A stretch of DNA of 64,000 bases, from the NCBI GenBank assembly GCA_951406725.2, contig OX597819.1:68758001-68822000 (forward strand). Direction: 5' to 3'. The translations under genes were made by a program, and so were the position numbers. The notes beneath the pieces were generated by a model that had not been told where the DNA came from, searched no databases, and worked only from the letters and a program-made list of their open reading frames with translations. Source of the stretch: Octopus vulgaris (lineage: Eukaryota). Positions 27,972 through 41,485 of this stretch are shown here, piece after piece. The stretch's first letter is position 1. Each line of letters begins with the position of its first letter.

Positions 27972-28240
27972 AATTAAAAAAATATTAAAAGAAAATACAT
28001 AAAGTCCGTAGAGTACCGTAGATGAGTAAACGAAGAACGGCACATACTGTAAGGAAAACGAAATTTGGGGGCGGGGAGTGTTTGGCGTTGTTTTGCATTT
28101 AAAATAAAATGAATATATACTAATTATAAAACTAATTAAGAAGAAATATACAACACACTATTGTTTCTACTTAGAGGATTTTCACCTATTGCGGACGGTT
28201 TGGGAACGCAACGCCAGCGATAGTCGAGGGATTAATGTGT

Positions 28241-28287
<47 letters not shown>

Positions 28288-28415
28288 GCAAAAATTTAGA
28301 TTCAGATGAATATGGATCGTAAGTTGTGGCACCAGAATTTAGTAGGTTTTATCCATGCAATTTCAAAGTAAGAAGGTAAAAATCAAAATAAGGAACAAGG
28401 ATATCCAGAGGTAAT

Positions 28416-28500
28416 GCAGTACGATCGTTTCATGCAACTCCATTTAATTTAACAATGCAATCCTTACACCAATTTAAAATGCAGACCAATCTTCAGCTGC
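28416..28500 (-). ncRNA. Type I hammerhead motif with canonical core and long stem II insert
   Basis: GCAG CTGAAGA ...~60 nt... GAAAC GATC GTA CTGC: stem I GCAG/CTGC, palindromic ACGATCGT stem III, GUA triplet; stem II imperfect. Confidence 0.7.
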
Positions 28501-29394
28501 ACAAAGACATATAATTTAATTAAATTACAACAGATGGAAACATTAGTATAACTATACCTAGAATCTCCAAGAAGTTAAGGAGATAGACAAAGAACATGCT
28601 GTCTTACTCCAGCATAGAAGTTACTAAGCTTTTCAAGAAGATATACATTGTTAGACTCTGCCTGTCACTGATTTAATTTTTATGGGGTCAGTTTTAATTT
28701 ATAGACTAGTTTATCAAACCACTTGTGTATCTAAGGCAGAGAGAACAGAAGGCAGTATCTGTTAGGGATAGGGCTGAAGGAGCAGACAGACATCATAGCT
28801 GGTATTGTCATGAAATCAAGATTTATTAGAAGCAATATCATGAGGTTTGCTAACGGAAAACTTAAAACAAGTTGTTACCTGACAATTAAGTACTATAGTA
28901 CTAAAGTTAAATATTTAAAACAATGTTGCTATATTATATTTACAGTTAAAATTTAGGGTTATTCAGAGGATTATTAAGAAGAATATTATAACAAATGGAT
29001 AGAAAGTTTAGAATAATTTTTAGTATATTCCAAACTTTTACCACAATAGAGGGGGGAAAAGAAATTATCCAGAAGTAGTTTAATGTTTATACATATTGAA
29101 CACTTAAATATTAACTCATCAGATAGTATCCGAGAATATAGATTAATTGGTATATAATTGGTATTAATAAATGAGTATTGAGGTAAAGGAACATGTTAAG
29201 TATATATTAATAAAATTATAATCTAAGCAGTTTTTTATAAGTATTGAATATACCAGCATAGTTTTATATAAGATAAGTATGAATTTATAGAGATACAAAA
29301 ATTAGATTAATTTTATAAATAAAGGCTAATTATAAAATAATAGAGAAATAAAATAACCAAGTAGGGCAGAACACCATAGAAAAGGAAATAAAAT

Positions 29395-29572
29395 AGCAGC
29401 TGGACGGGATGCCAGTCCATCCCAGCGTTAGTCATTTTTGCCAGCTGAGTGAACTGGGGCAACGTGAAATGAAGTGTTTTGCTCAAGAATACAACACGTC
29501 GCCCGGTCCAGGAATCGGAGTCACAATCTTACGATCATAATGCTGACACCCTAACCACTAAGCCACCCACCT
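29395..29572 (-). mobile_element. SINE family C (tRNA head)
   Basis: Reverse strand gtggcttagtggttagggtgtcag (A box)...ccgattcctggaccggg...cttgagcaaaacacttc...gatggactggcatcccgtccag. Confidence 0.8.
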
Positions 29573-29770
29573 TCGTACTAATACTATGTTAAAGTATATG
29601 TAGCTTATTAACATCAATAGATAAGATTTTTAGAAAAAGTATAATAATTCAAAATATATTAGACTAAAAATTATATATTTACCTATTTAGCTAATATCAA
29701 TAAAATACTGATGTCTGGTATCAGCTAAAGGGATATTTAAGTTAAAGAGCAATCATATTTTACACTTATC

Positions 29771-29865
29771 TTTTTTAAAAAAACTAAGGGTTATATTATA
29801 GGTTTTATTATTGTTAACAATAATAACTTCTTAAATCTATAATATAACCCTTAGTTTTAAAAAAA
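29771..29865. repeat. Hairpin/palindrome
   Basis: aaaactaagggttatattatag / ctataatataacccttagtttt arms enclosing the ttattattgttaacaataataa palindrome. Confidence 0.9.
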
Positions 29866-30688
29866 TCCGTAGAAACAACTTCAAAAATTGGTTGCTATCT
29901 AAATGAGGAGATATTCGACTCGGAGAAGTTTGTACTTCTTCAAATGTAGACTATTTGTGTGACAGTTGAGAAATGGGGCTTTTGGTAAGGGTATAATTCC
30001 CACTCCTCCTTGGTGCAAACAGAGCAAAGACTATCATCCCTCATGAATATTTTAGGTCAAGAAAATACATTGTAATTTATATCGGTTTCAATTTTTGGCA
30101 CGAGGCCTGCAATTTTGGAGAGGTGGGTAGTAGATTACATCGACCCCGGGCTGAATGAGGAAGATGCGAAATCTTGTTTGAGACATTAGTGTGGTTTGAG
30201 ACATTTAATAGGTGCTTTATGTGTCTCATAAAAAGGCTATCGTTGAAACTTTTAATGTTGGTGAACAGAATAGTGAGAACAGTGACAAACGATTTTGTCC
30301 CGAATGTTGATGGATCATAGTGTCCTGACGAATGGTACGATGTTATATAACTGGATTTGTAATTAGAATTTTCTTTAATAATTAGAATTGCGTAGAAGTT
30401 GTTGCCTAGTGGTTTTAAGATTCTACTAATGAAAAGCCAAGCATGTGTATCATATTTGAAAACTTATTCCAGCACTTTTTCCATGACAAAATATTGCTTC
30501 TTATACGCTTTTAAACATTCTGTACGTGTATCAATCAAAAAAATTGAGAGAAATGGCATATGCTTAATTAACATGAGAATTGACGTTGGAATGACAGGGC
30601 TATATGGATTCTTTTCAAAGACCAGTTTACTGTAAAATGTCACATTGCCAAACGTAATATCTAAAAGTATGTAGTTCAACATTTAAAC

Positions 30689-30922
30689 CAGTGGTTCGAA
30701 AATGGTGTCCATATGACCCATGGGGGGTCTAAATAAGATATATTGTTAAAGTTTATGTGTAATAAATCGGTTATGATTCTACAATACACAAAATATTTTA
30801 ACAAATTTGTTTTATACAATTCCTAATAACATTTAATCATAAAAATAAAAGTAATGGAATTCCAGTAGTGTAAAGGAGGTACCGAAGAGGTTCACAGGTA
30901 AAAAAATGGCAGAAAAGCATTG
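30689..30922. mobile_element. Possible hAT-type MITE remnant
   Basis: Starts cagtggttc..., contains gaccc.tgggggg, ends ...aagcattg; resembles CAGTGGTTC TIRs. Confidence 0.3.
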
Positions 30923-31479
30923 CATTAGACAATGTACCAAACTGCTCACAGAACTGAAATGTAAATTTTTTCAGAATATGAGGTGTGGTGTAGTTTGTAT
31001 ATTCGTCCACAGTACCAGCCAAAAGATCAATGGATGTTGTGTATAACATCTTTCGGCTGCAACATAAGAAATAAGAAGATAAAAAATGTAGGAGTTGATG
31101 ATTTGCACGAAAATATTTTTGATTAATATTCGTAGTAACACTTTTGGCGAGAATGTTGAGATCAAACGATACCAAGGTCAGTTCATTCGGTTCAGGTGTA
31201 AATAACGTGAGAGATGAAAAGATGAGCGGACAGTTGTTGACAAGAGATTCAGGCTACGAAATCAGCATGAGTAAGGAGTGGTCCCTGATGATCTTGCCAA
31301 GAATAATTAGAGCTATTTAAATAGTAAATAAATGTCTACTGGGAAAAAAAAGCACAAAGTGATATAAAAAATGAAAAACAGTTGGCTGAAGGCAACAAGT
31401 AAGGATTATGGAAACTGAGAGGAACGCAAACGAATGAGTTAAAGTGCCATATTAAAACCCTATCAACTCTGAAGAGATA

Positions 31480-31695
31480 TTGATTTCAAATTTTCGTACA
31501 AGGCCAGAAATTTGAATAGAGAAGGTAAGTGGATTACATCGACACCAATGCTCCATTGTTACTTTTTTCATAAACTCGGCAAGGACGGAGTGTAGAATTG
31601 ACCTCAGCTGAATTTGAACTCAGGACGTGTAGGCGGACGAAATACCGCTAAGCGTTTCGTGCGGCGTGTTAACGAATCTGTCAGCACGTTGCCTT
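31480..31695 (-). mobile_element. SINE family B, diverged
   Basis: gacctcagctgaatttgaactcaggacg...cggacgaaataccgctaagc...gttaacgaatctg...gcctt. Confidence 0.8.
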
Positions 31696-32922
31696 ATCTT
31701 TAAAGCTATATTACAAGTAGGACGCTGTAGAATACAAGAAAAACTATAAATGGCGTTCATATCAGCAATTACAAAATACATCTGAAATAAGCACCAAATC
31801 GGTACTGACAGGGCTGAACAGAACGACTGGTATCATACGTCCTGCATTTCTTGACTTGGTGTTCAAAACCCAGTGATATCACCTTTCTTTGCCTTACCTT
31901 GTTCTATCTTAGAGACGCGTATTCTTATCCAAGATGGAGACGAGTAGCAACGTTTACATATAGCAGGCTGGATAATAGTAGAGATATTTCTCACTACATG
32001 AAACAATTAAGAGACTTGTTAACCCACAAATAAAGAATACACACACACATACACGCACACACGCACATACATACACTTATGAACACAGGTACATATACAC
32101 TCATACATGCATATATATATCTATATGCAATTAGCATGATTCAGGAAGATGTCAGTTGTGTTTAGATAGCAAGCCTCCGTGTATGCTACAACGGCGTGAG
32201 TACGATACACAGATTTTTTAGGCTGAACCCAAGACCGACAAGGATATAAAATTTAAATAAGAGCCTACGGTAAGGAGTAGTTGAACGATAAAGTAACGTT
32301 GAAAAATAAACAAAACGAACAAACATTCTTTGGAACCGATGAAATACTTTCTATACTACGTTTAAATTACTAATACATCTACAGAAAAAGAAATAAAGAT
32401 TTAAAAGCTGCTGATTTATACCTGAAAGTACGTTAGACGCTTAGATAGAAAATGTGGTAGTAAAGAACGGAAAACCCTTAGATAAATCAGTTTCGTAGAC
32501 TGTTATATTAATACTTATAGGGTGGTGGGAAGTAATAAAATAGACAAAATCCTATTAATCTAAAGTAGTAAACAAATGAATTGAAGATGAGCAGTAAAAA
32601 TATGGCCGCAGTTGAGGATATTTTAATGTTCAAGAATATATTATGAAGTTAGGTAGCTAGGAAAGTTAAACATATACGAAATTTTTATTATGTGTACACA
32701 TAAATAATTAGACGATTTTAGGCAAAGATATGGACATTTACGCAAATAAGTAAATATACATAGCAGGTAATGTTCAGATAACATATATAAATATTTAGGC
32801 ATTTGTAAAACGCGAAGAAGGTAGTAAAAACATGAAGGCGTTTCTCTTTAAAATCATACAAATCGTAATAAATCATAACAATCTCATATAAACATTCGTC
32901 AGAAATAATTTATATACATATA

Positions 32923-33085
32923 GGTGCAGGAATGGCTGTGTGGTAAGTAGGTTGATTGCCGACCGCATGGGTCCGGGTTCAGTCCCACTGCATGGCTCCT
33001 TGGGCAAGTGTCTTTTACTATAGTCTCAGGCCGACCAAAGCTTTGTGAGTGGATTTGGTACACAGAAACCGAAAAGAAGCCCGTA

Positions 33086-33131
<46 letters not shown>

Positions 33132-33563
33132 AATTTTAATTGTTTTGTTTGTGGTTTTTAAATTTTTAATATCAATTGATATCAGTTTTTTTAAATTTTT
33201 AATATCATTTGGTATCGTTTTTTTTTTAATTTTTAATATCATTTGATATCTTTTTTTTATTTTTAATATCAATTGAAATCAGTTTTTTATTTTATATGTA
33301 TGTATATATGTATGCATGTATGTATGGATGTATGTGTGTGCATATGTTGGTATGTCTGTGTTTGTCCCTCAACCGTCGCTTGATAACCGATGCTGGTGTG
33401 CTTATGTACCCGTAACCTAGCGGTTCGACAAAAGAGACCGATAGAATAAATAGTAGACTTACAAAGAATAAGTCCTGCGGTATATTTCCTCGACTAAATG
33501 CGGTGCTCCAGCATGGCAGCAGTCAAATTAATAAAGCACGTAAAATAATAAAAAAATAAAAGA
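32923..33563 (+). mobile_element. SINE family A with internal ~31-bp minisatellite (33155-33290)
   Basis: Head and tail as 15031-15429; internal tttttaatatca(a/t)ttg(a/g)tatc...ttttt repeated about 4 times. Confidence 0.88.
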
Positions 33564-33783
33564 ATATATACATACACGCACGCAAACATACAGATATTTG
33601 TATACATTACATCTTATGTATACAGGTGTATATAAGTAAATGCGTGTTTGTATGTATATATTAAATTTGATGATATACAAATGGCAGTTTACCGGTAAAG
33701 TACGTTCACAAGATTGGTGTTCATTGGGTACGTAATTAAAGAGAGACAGAAAATGGAAGATACCAGAATCTTTATTGATAGGT

Positions 33784-33856
33784 GCAAACGTTTCGACCCA
33801 TCTAGCGAATGGGAATTTTGCAACTGATTTCGGTGTAGATGTGTCTCCTCAGGTGA
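33784..33856 (-). ncRNA. Type I hammerhead motif with canonical core and long stem II
   Basis: CAC CTGAGGA GACACATCTA...TAGATGGGTC GAAAC GTT TG: 9/10-bp stem II, ACGT stem III; stem I imperfect. Confidence 0.65.
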
Positions 33857-34291
33857 TTTCAAGAGTATCTCGTTAAAATAAATTCTGACTCACAGAACTA
33901 ATTACTGCATGTTATCTTCTTGGTCTTAATATATAGAAATTGCAAATTGAGGGACACTGAAACATTCTTCTAGGTCATTAACAAAGATCAGATACAAAAA
34001 GAAACAAATACACGCAACAGCGTAAAACAATATTACATAGGTAATAATTCATGCACCTCAAGTTAATTAATTCCAACATCATCAAGCTTTGGCACATCAG
34101 CATATGTTCTATATGCTGTTTCTGTTTTAATATTTAAGAATAACTGTAGGTATATAGAACGTCTGAATCTGACTCCTGAGTCGATGAAAGCTGATACATT
34201 TTCACACGTGTCGTCCAAGAGGAGAATGCTTTCCTGAAATAAATTCTGCGACATATCTTCACTCATCCAAGTGTATTAGATCGTCTTAGAA

Positions 34292-34380
<89 letters not shown>

Positions 34381-34401
34381 CCTACCTACCTACCTACCTA
34401 T

Positions 34402-34459
<58 letters not shown>

Positions 34460-34543
34460 GTCTGTCTGTCTGTCTATGTCCGTCTGTCTCTGCCTCTCTG
34501 TCTTTCTTTGTCTGTCCCTGTCTCTTTCTGTCTCTATCTGTGC

Positions 34544-34596
<53 letters not shown>
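34292..34596. repeat. (TCTA)n/(TCTG)n/(TG)n microsatellites
   Basis: Direct reading. Confidence 0.95.
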
Positions 34597-36706
34597 TATG
34601 AACATAGAGAAGGAGAGCGAATGAGAGAGAAAGAGAGATGTCTGTGTGCGCGCGTGAATTATCAAGCACAAGATCGTAATGTTCAAAACAATGCACGAAC
34701 CATGTGATGGAAAGCAGGGACTCGCAATGATCTGTATTTGTTTCTATGCCCAGGAAAAATATGGGACATTGACAATCTTTTAATACATATATTTAGTTTT
34801 GTTTCTCTATATTTCGTTCTATATAAACACACAAGATATATTGTACGAAATTGAACATATATACACCGAGTCTTGCCGTCATATAGGTGTATTTACGTCT
34901 GTAAGCTTCCAAAAATATGCACCACCCAATTTCCTTTCTTATCATTTTCCTATGCCTCCCAAATATTTCTCGCCTGATTCGAAAACTAATTTTCATTCCT
35001 ACAGCAAATTCCTCATAAGTTGCTTTTACTGACAAAGGAAATATTATTCTACATTTACATTCTTTTATTCTATAAATGTCTTCATCACTTAAAATAGCGA
35101 AATCTCCCAAACCCGCCACATACGACAAAACCACCAACAAATTGATATGTACAAAGAGATAAATTCACCACCAAGTTTCATCTTCAACATTCATATATTC
35201 TCTCACTTTATCTGAGCTTTGATAAATGAATTTAGCTTGGAATTCTAAATTCCATAGCTAGCTGGTAACTAAGACAACAAAAACACTTCGAATTTTGTTT
35301 CTTTTCTTCTTTTATTCCATTTTCCCAAATCAGCGTTCACAACATCCACAACATCCACACACAGATGCACAAACGCATATTTAATCGCTCTTGACTTTGT
35401 CGATTATCCATTGGTAAATAAAATCTTTTAAGTAAACTACCAGCAACTAAGATTTCCATGTCAGTTGCGGATTTAATGAAATACCCACCTGCTTTCTACT
35501 TGAGCTCACGCAAACAAGTACAAACATGCATATATACATATGAAGGAAACTAGGATTTGCGTTAGAAACCTGCTTCTTCTCTATTGACAAGAAATCTTGA
35601 AATAAAACTGAATAACGACAAACATACATATATACGTAACGCAAATCCTTACTTCGTGCGCTACAAACGATAACGATATATGAGACTATAAAAATCTGCT
35701 CTTTCACAACCTTGTTAGCAAGTAGGTGGCCGATCAAAATTCATTGTAAATTAAAAGGAGTCAAAGAACACATAAATATGTAGGTACGTACAACTACGTA
35801 AACAATCTCATATTCTACACTAAGGCACGTCCAAGTAAATACCAATATAATATCGTTATAATATGACCTGTAAGGAACGAAACAAGCAAATACGAAAACT
35901 ACTGATCCTTGACTCTTGGCCAAATGGGAACCTACTATTAGACACTTAGATTGGTTGCCATAATTTTACTCATTGAAAATATATTGTAAATGTGAAACTC
36001 TTTCGTTGATATCTACGATTAAAATCTCGTTAATACAGCCCCTCCCCCCGTCCGAGTACTCATGCTTGACATCAAATATTCGCAGAACGTTTGCCTTCTG
36101 AACATCTACACCTTTAGAGTATCGCACAGGTGTTAAATTCGAGCTTCGCTTGACTCATGACGCTGTGCAAAATACTCTTCACAGAGCTAAGTAGTTCATA
36201 CAGATTCGATTTCAGAATTATATTCCAAAGCTTCAAATGGAACTTGACGACTCATATCTAATATTTCAAGGGAGGTATCGCATTAAAATCCAATAAGAAT
36301 ACCGATTGTTAAAGCAGCGTATTAACATAAAGGCGTGGGTTCGAGAAAAAACAAAACAAAATGAAATTAATTTAAGATTTCCTCCTTGTATATATGAATA
36401 TTATTAATTTACATCTCGCCCACATCCTTCAATGAGGATACATAAACCGACAAACATACAGAGGTAAGCATGCTTTAAGCACACACGCACACACACTTAT
36501 GTACAGAAACAAGTACAAATATAATCTATATGGAAGTATGTAAATATGTAAATATGAATATGTTAATAAATATATGATTTAAGATATTTAATTTTAACGC
36601 TACATTCTCAGGATGCATGTCATAATATTTGTAATATGCTTCTAAAAATTTCTTGAAGCGATTGTATAAGTTTATCCTTTCTAAGTATAATATTATCAAT
36701 TTATAA

Positions 36707-36744
36707 TCTGTCTATCTATCTATCTATCTATATATCTATCTATA

Positions 36745-36840
<96 letters not shown>

Positions 36841-36994
36841 CATCCATCCATCTATCTATCTATCTATCTATATATCTGTCTATCTATCTATCTATCTATT
36901 TATCTCTATCTATCTTTCAAGATATCTACCTCTTTATCTATCAATCTATGAATATGTATTCATTTGTAGCTTCCTCCCACCTAACTGTCTCTTT

Positions 36995-37060
<66 letters not shown>

Positions 37061-37080
37061 GTATATATATCTATATCTAT
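36707..37080. repeat. (TCTA)n and (TA)n microsatellites
   Basis: Direct reading. Confidence 0.9.
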
Positions 37081-37767
37081 TCATAGATATACATACCAGT
37101 ATTTCTCATTGATTCTGTTTATATGCATGAAAATTGGAGGTGGGTATGATATTCATTATTACAACGAATATTGTTGATGATATCATTCAAATATTATGTA
37201 TTTATTATATATTATCCAATACTTTTAAAATTCTTTTTCACTCATGCACCTTTTATTTACATGAAATCCTATAGATATGACAGAATTACGCCATTTTGAT
37301 TTTCATTAAAGTCTTTTCGTTTTCTTCGCATTTTCCTTTTACCTCCTTTTCTTTCCGATATTTCCGTATAATATAAATTCATATTGTCCATTTCTAAATA
37401 TTACTAAATACGGCATATTTATGGTAATAATTTTTCTTGAGGAATGCAATTTTGCTCGACATCGTTGCATTTTTGATCTCCTTAGAAAATGTTTTATGTG
37501 TTATGGGTATGAAAATATTTAAAATAGTTTATGTAAGATATATATATATATATTATAAGGGAAATAATAATATATGTTTACATGCGTCTCTCCATATTTG
37601 TATGCATATATATATAGGTGTCTGTATGTGTGTATTGGTGCGTGCCTGTGTGCGCATGCGTGTATGCGTGCGTGTCCCCGTATATATATATCCCCAAAAT
37701 GTATGCATAAATATCTAAATTTATAAGATAATATCTATTTGAATAAATATACACACACACATATATA

Positions 37768-38259
37768 CTAGCTGAAGGTGACCCGCTCTACGCGCAGGGT
37801 AAGAGTGTGGTTGTTACTTTATGTTGCTTCCTTTCTGTTTTTTTTTTATCACCACATTCTCCCTCTGTTTCTCTCTCCTTTCTCCCTCACTTTCCCACTC
37901 TCTTACTCTTCCTTTCTCTCGGACTCTCCCTAGCTTTCACTTACTTTCTATCTTTCTCTATCTATCTCTGTCCCATTTATAAACAATAAAAGATCTTGAC
38001 TAAGTTGAGAAAGAAAAATGTTTTGAAAGATCAATCATAAATAGCAGGCAGTGACAACGGAAAGGTCTGCTTCAAAGTGGACAGCAAAATACTAACATTT
38101 AAAAGGGACAGACGAACTTGCGAGTTGAATAAAATTTTTTAAATTATTGGAAACCAAAGTCTGAAGGACTATCTGTGGATAGTAGACTCACTATTGCTAG
38201 CACTTCTTAACGAAAGACAGCAACGTAGAGGCAGTTTAACGGCTGTTTTATAAATCAGA
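37768..38259 (-). mobile_element. Non-autonomous Helitron
   Basis: Reverse strand A|TCTGATTTATAAAA ... accc-tgcgcgtagagc-gggt hairpin, caccttcag CTAG|T: TC 5' end, subterminal hairpin, CTAG 3' end, A^T target. Confidence 0.75.
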
Positions 38260-39480
38260 TTCCTATCTAGTAACTTTGATTAGAATATGGAAGCCACGCT
38301 GTCTGTCTCATACAACGTTGATGGAAACAGCAATATGTAATTTCATGATTTGGACCCATCGGCGTACAAATTAGTACAGGCAATGATATTCGTATTTAAT
38401 TGTCTTTAGCCAGTTAACATATATAATGTTATTTTGATCATATTTCTACTTAGTGTTTCAACCAGTTATTTAGACACAATGTGGCTTGTTTGGACTTACG
38501 TTATGGAAATGAATATATCGTCATATTTGCTAAAAGGCTCCAAACAAGCAGTTTTTAAGATAATTAGGATAATAAAGCGAAAAATTGTAATTCATTAACG
38601 TAAATCCACATATCCTATGTTGTGTTCAAATGATCCATGGAAAAGTTACTTTAAACAATAAACAGTTATTATTAGTAAGAACGGCATCTATTCAATGGCA
38701 TAGTTGAGGATATTATGTTTAATTACAAGAGCAACGATAAGAGTACATAATTGCTAGGGCAACACCAGAAAGGTTAAGTTATTTTGTCTCCCGGTTCTCC
38801 CTTAAAATTAGGTCTAATATATTAAAATTTTAATTACTTTTAAAGATAGGAATTTCCTATTAAAACTCCTCGGTTATATTTCAATAGTCACATAGTTCAG
38901 ATTAGCTTCAACTTCATCTCTGACATGAAACAATCCATGTCACACAAATCCACTCCTGCTGCAAAAGCTCGGTGTTCATGCTACGACAATTGCAGTTTAT
39001 GCCAGTTTATGCGCCGTTTATGTCTTACAACCTTAAGCCAGATTAACTGAGGAAGAGGACAAATCGACAGCGGAAACCGCAAAACTAACCAAAATCATAG
39101 AATCAGTAACATAGTACCTCAGTCAAACACATTGAACAAAGAATTACGATAATTTTTGAGGTGTGCAGCCTTCAATGACATGCGAATGTGCATGGTTTCA
39201 AATTAGCTTTTCTCTTAATGCTAAGGAGAAAATCTTTACCGCCGTATGCACGAGGGAAAATTCATATTCCGTTACTGGACACCCACCATATTCCCCATTT
39301 ATCCTAGTATACGCTTTGCCTAATATACATCTTTATATTGTTTATTTCTAAATTTAAACGCGTATTTTCCCAGATATATATGAATTTTCTTTTGAAAGTT
39401 CTCACCATGGCCAGATCTTGTAATCACTCGTTGCTTATGGACCCACATTCATGAACCCATATTTATGTAATTATATAATT

Positions 39481-39756
39481 AGGGCGTGTGGCCTAGAAAT
39501 TAGGATGTTGAACTCACAACTGGAAGATCGTATTTCCAATTACTTGACTGGGTGGTACCTTGTGTTCTTCAGCAAAACACTTCATCTCAAGTTGCACTGC
39601 GATCATTTTCACACCTGACGTATGATACACCATGCACCTATCAGGGAACGTCGACCTGATGGAGGGTGAGAGCTAATGTCGAGCACAAATTATTTGATAT
39701 TTATAAAGCAAATCGCTGGTGCAGATCGTTCAAGAAGAAATTGAAAAACTGTCTTT
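39481..39756 (+). mobile_element. SINE family C-related, diverged
   Basis: gggcgtgtggcctag...ttaggatgttg...tgtgttcttcagcaaaacacttcatctca. Confidence 0.6.
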
Positions 39757-40392
39757 CTCAAACTACGGAGTCTACCATCACACCCCCACCCACACCCCCA
39801 CCACACAGACATGCACACACACGCACGCATATAATCATCAGGCGTGTGGGTGTCCATGTGTGCCGTGTATATGTGCGTGGTTGTAAACAGAGAAACCTCA
39901 TATATATATATATATTCATAAGCACGTATATATTTATGCGCATATATACGTGTGTAAGTTACAAGTAATTAAGAGAAATCTGAAAGAAATATATGGGTCT
40001 TAATTGTTTTTATTTGAACCAAAACAATAACAGATTCAAAATTACTAATGCAGAGAATTATATTTGAAAGTTCATTAATAAAATTTAAATTGGAATAAAT
40101 TTAATTTGCAAGTATTGTTATTGAGTTACATAAAGTCTTAATCAGTTTGAAAACGAAAACAAATCTCAAGTGTTTAAGTGTTTCGCCCTAAAATCTCTTC
40201 AACCAGTATCGAGACGAGACAGACTTGACAACCAAAAGTAGTAATCTTCATTTTTTGCTAGAGACCATATATATATATATATATATACATACATACACAC
40301 ACATATATTTATACACAAACATATAAATTTATGTATATATATATATATAAGTGTGTGTGTGTATATATATATATAAATACACATAGACACAT

Positions 40393-40429
<37 letters not shown>

Positions 40430-40780
40430 CATATATATATATTTGTGTGTGCGTGTGCGTGCGCGTGCGCGCGCGTGTACTTTATTTAAAAGCAGCAGAA
40501 ATATAACAAAAGATGTTACTCAGATTTTCACCTTCCCTGCTGGCATTAAGTTGGTTATACTAAATTTTGTCAGAGAATCCCCTCTTAGATTTAAGGTTTT
40601 CTTCGATTTTACAATGGGATGAAGTTATATAGAATATGTTTTCAAATCGGCAGCTGAGTAGAGCTGTTAATTTGCCGTCTTTGTAATTATAGCTTCAGTT
40701 CCAGCTGCCTCAAAGCTTTGTGATGGAAATATAAGGAAACTCTGCAGTGTATTAACATGTGTTAAAACTCTGCAAACATA

Positions 40781-41269
40781 GGCACAGGCATGGCTGTGTT
40801 GTAAGAAGGGTGCTTCCAAAAGCACATGGTTCAGTGATCAGTCCCACTGCGTGACACCTTAGTCAAATGTCTTCTGCTATAGACACGGACCGACTAAGTC
40901 CTTGTGAGTAGATTTGGTAAACGGAAACTCAAAGAAGCCCGTCACACACACACAACACGCGCACACACACACACATATATATATATAGAAAGATAGATAG
41001 ATACATACATACATACAAACATACATATACATACATGTGTGTGTATATACTTACGTGTGCGTGTGTGTATGTGTTTGTCCTCACCGTAATCGCTTGACAA
41101 CTGATGTTAGTGTGTTTCCGTCCCTGTAACCTAGCGATTCGGGAAGAAGGACCGATAGAATAAGTGCTAGGCTTATGAAGAATAATTCCTTGGGGCAATC
41201 TGTGCGACTACAGGCGTTGCTCGAGCATGGCCGCAGTCAACTGAGTGAAACAAGTAAAAGATTAAAAGA
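40781..41269 (+). mobile_element. SINE family A
   Basis: ggcacaggcatggctgtgttgtaag...cagtcccactgcgtg...gaaacaagtaaaagattaaaag. Confidence 0.88.
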
Positions 41270-41294
41270 CTAGTCATGCTGGAGCAACACACGG

Positions 41295-41485
41295 CCAGCA
41301 ATATCAAGGAAGGGGAAGAAGTTTGCATCGTTCCTACCCCCGTGAAAAACTGGTACTTATTTTATCGATCCCGAAAGGATTAAAAGCAAATTCGACCTCG
41401 GTGGAATCTGAACACAAAACGTAAACATGGACGAAATGTCGCTAAGCATTTTGTCCGTCATGCTAACAATTCTGCCGTCTCGCAT
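41295..41485 (-). mobile_element. SINE family B
   Basis: aactggtacttattttatcgatcccgaaaggat...gacctcggtggaat.tgaac...gctaac. Confidence 0.8.

Larger units (their letters stand above)
28288..29920 (-). mobile_element. Highly decayed PLE-like element with HHR-bearing 3' end at (TA)n
   Basis: Reverse-strand remnants STIVLNCQVT and SVSKPHDIASNK resemble PLE GIY-YIG (xVYxCxV; AKPYxxxSxKC); HHR at 28416-28500; SINE C inserted at 29395. Confidence 0.4.

Noticed and set aside
33155-33290. CRISPR-like spaced repeats
   Set aside because: Simple ~31-bp AT-rich minisatellite without unique spacers; eukaryotic context, no cas genes.
40480-40545. Possible decayed HHR-element end
   Set aside because: Core nucleotides not recoverable.
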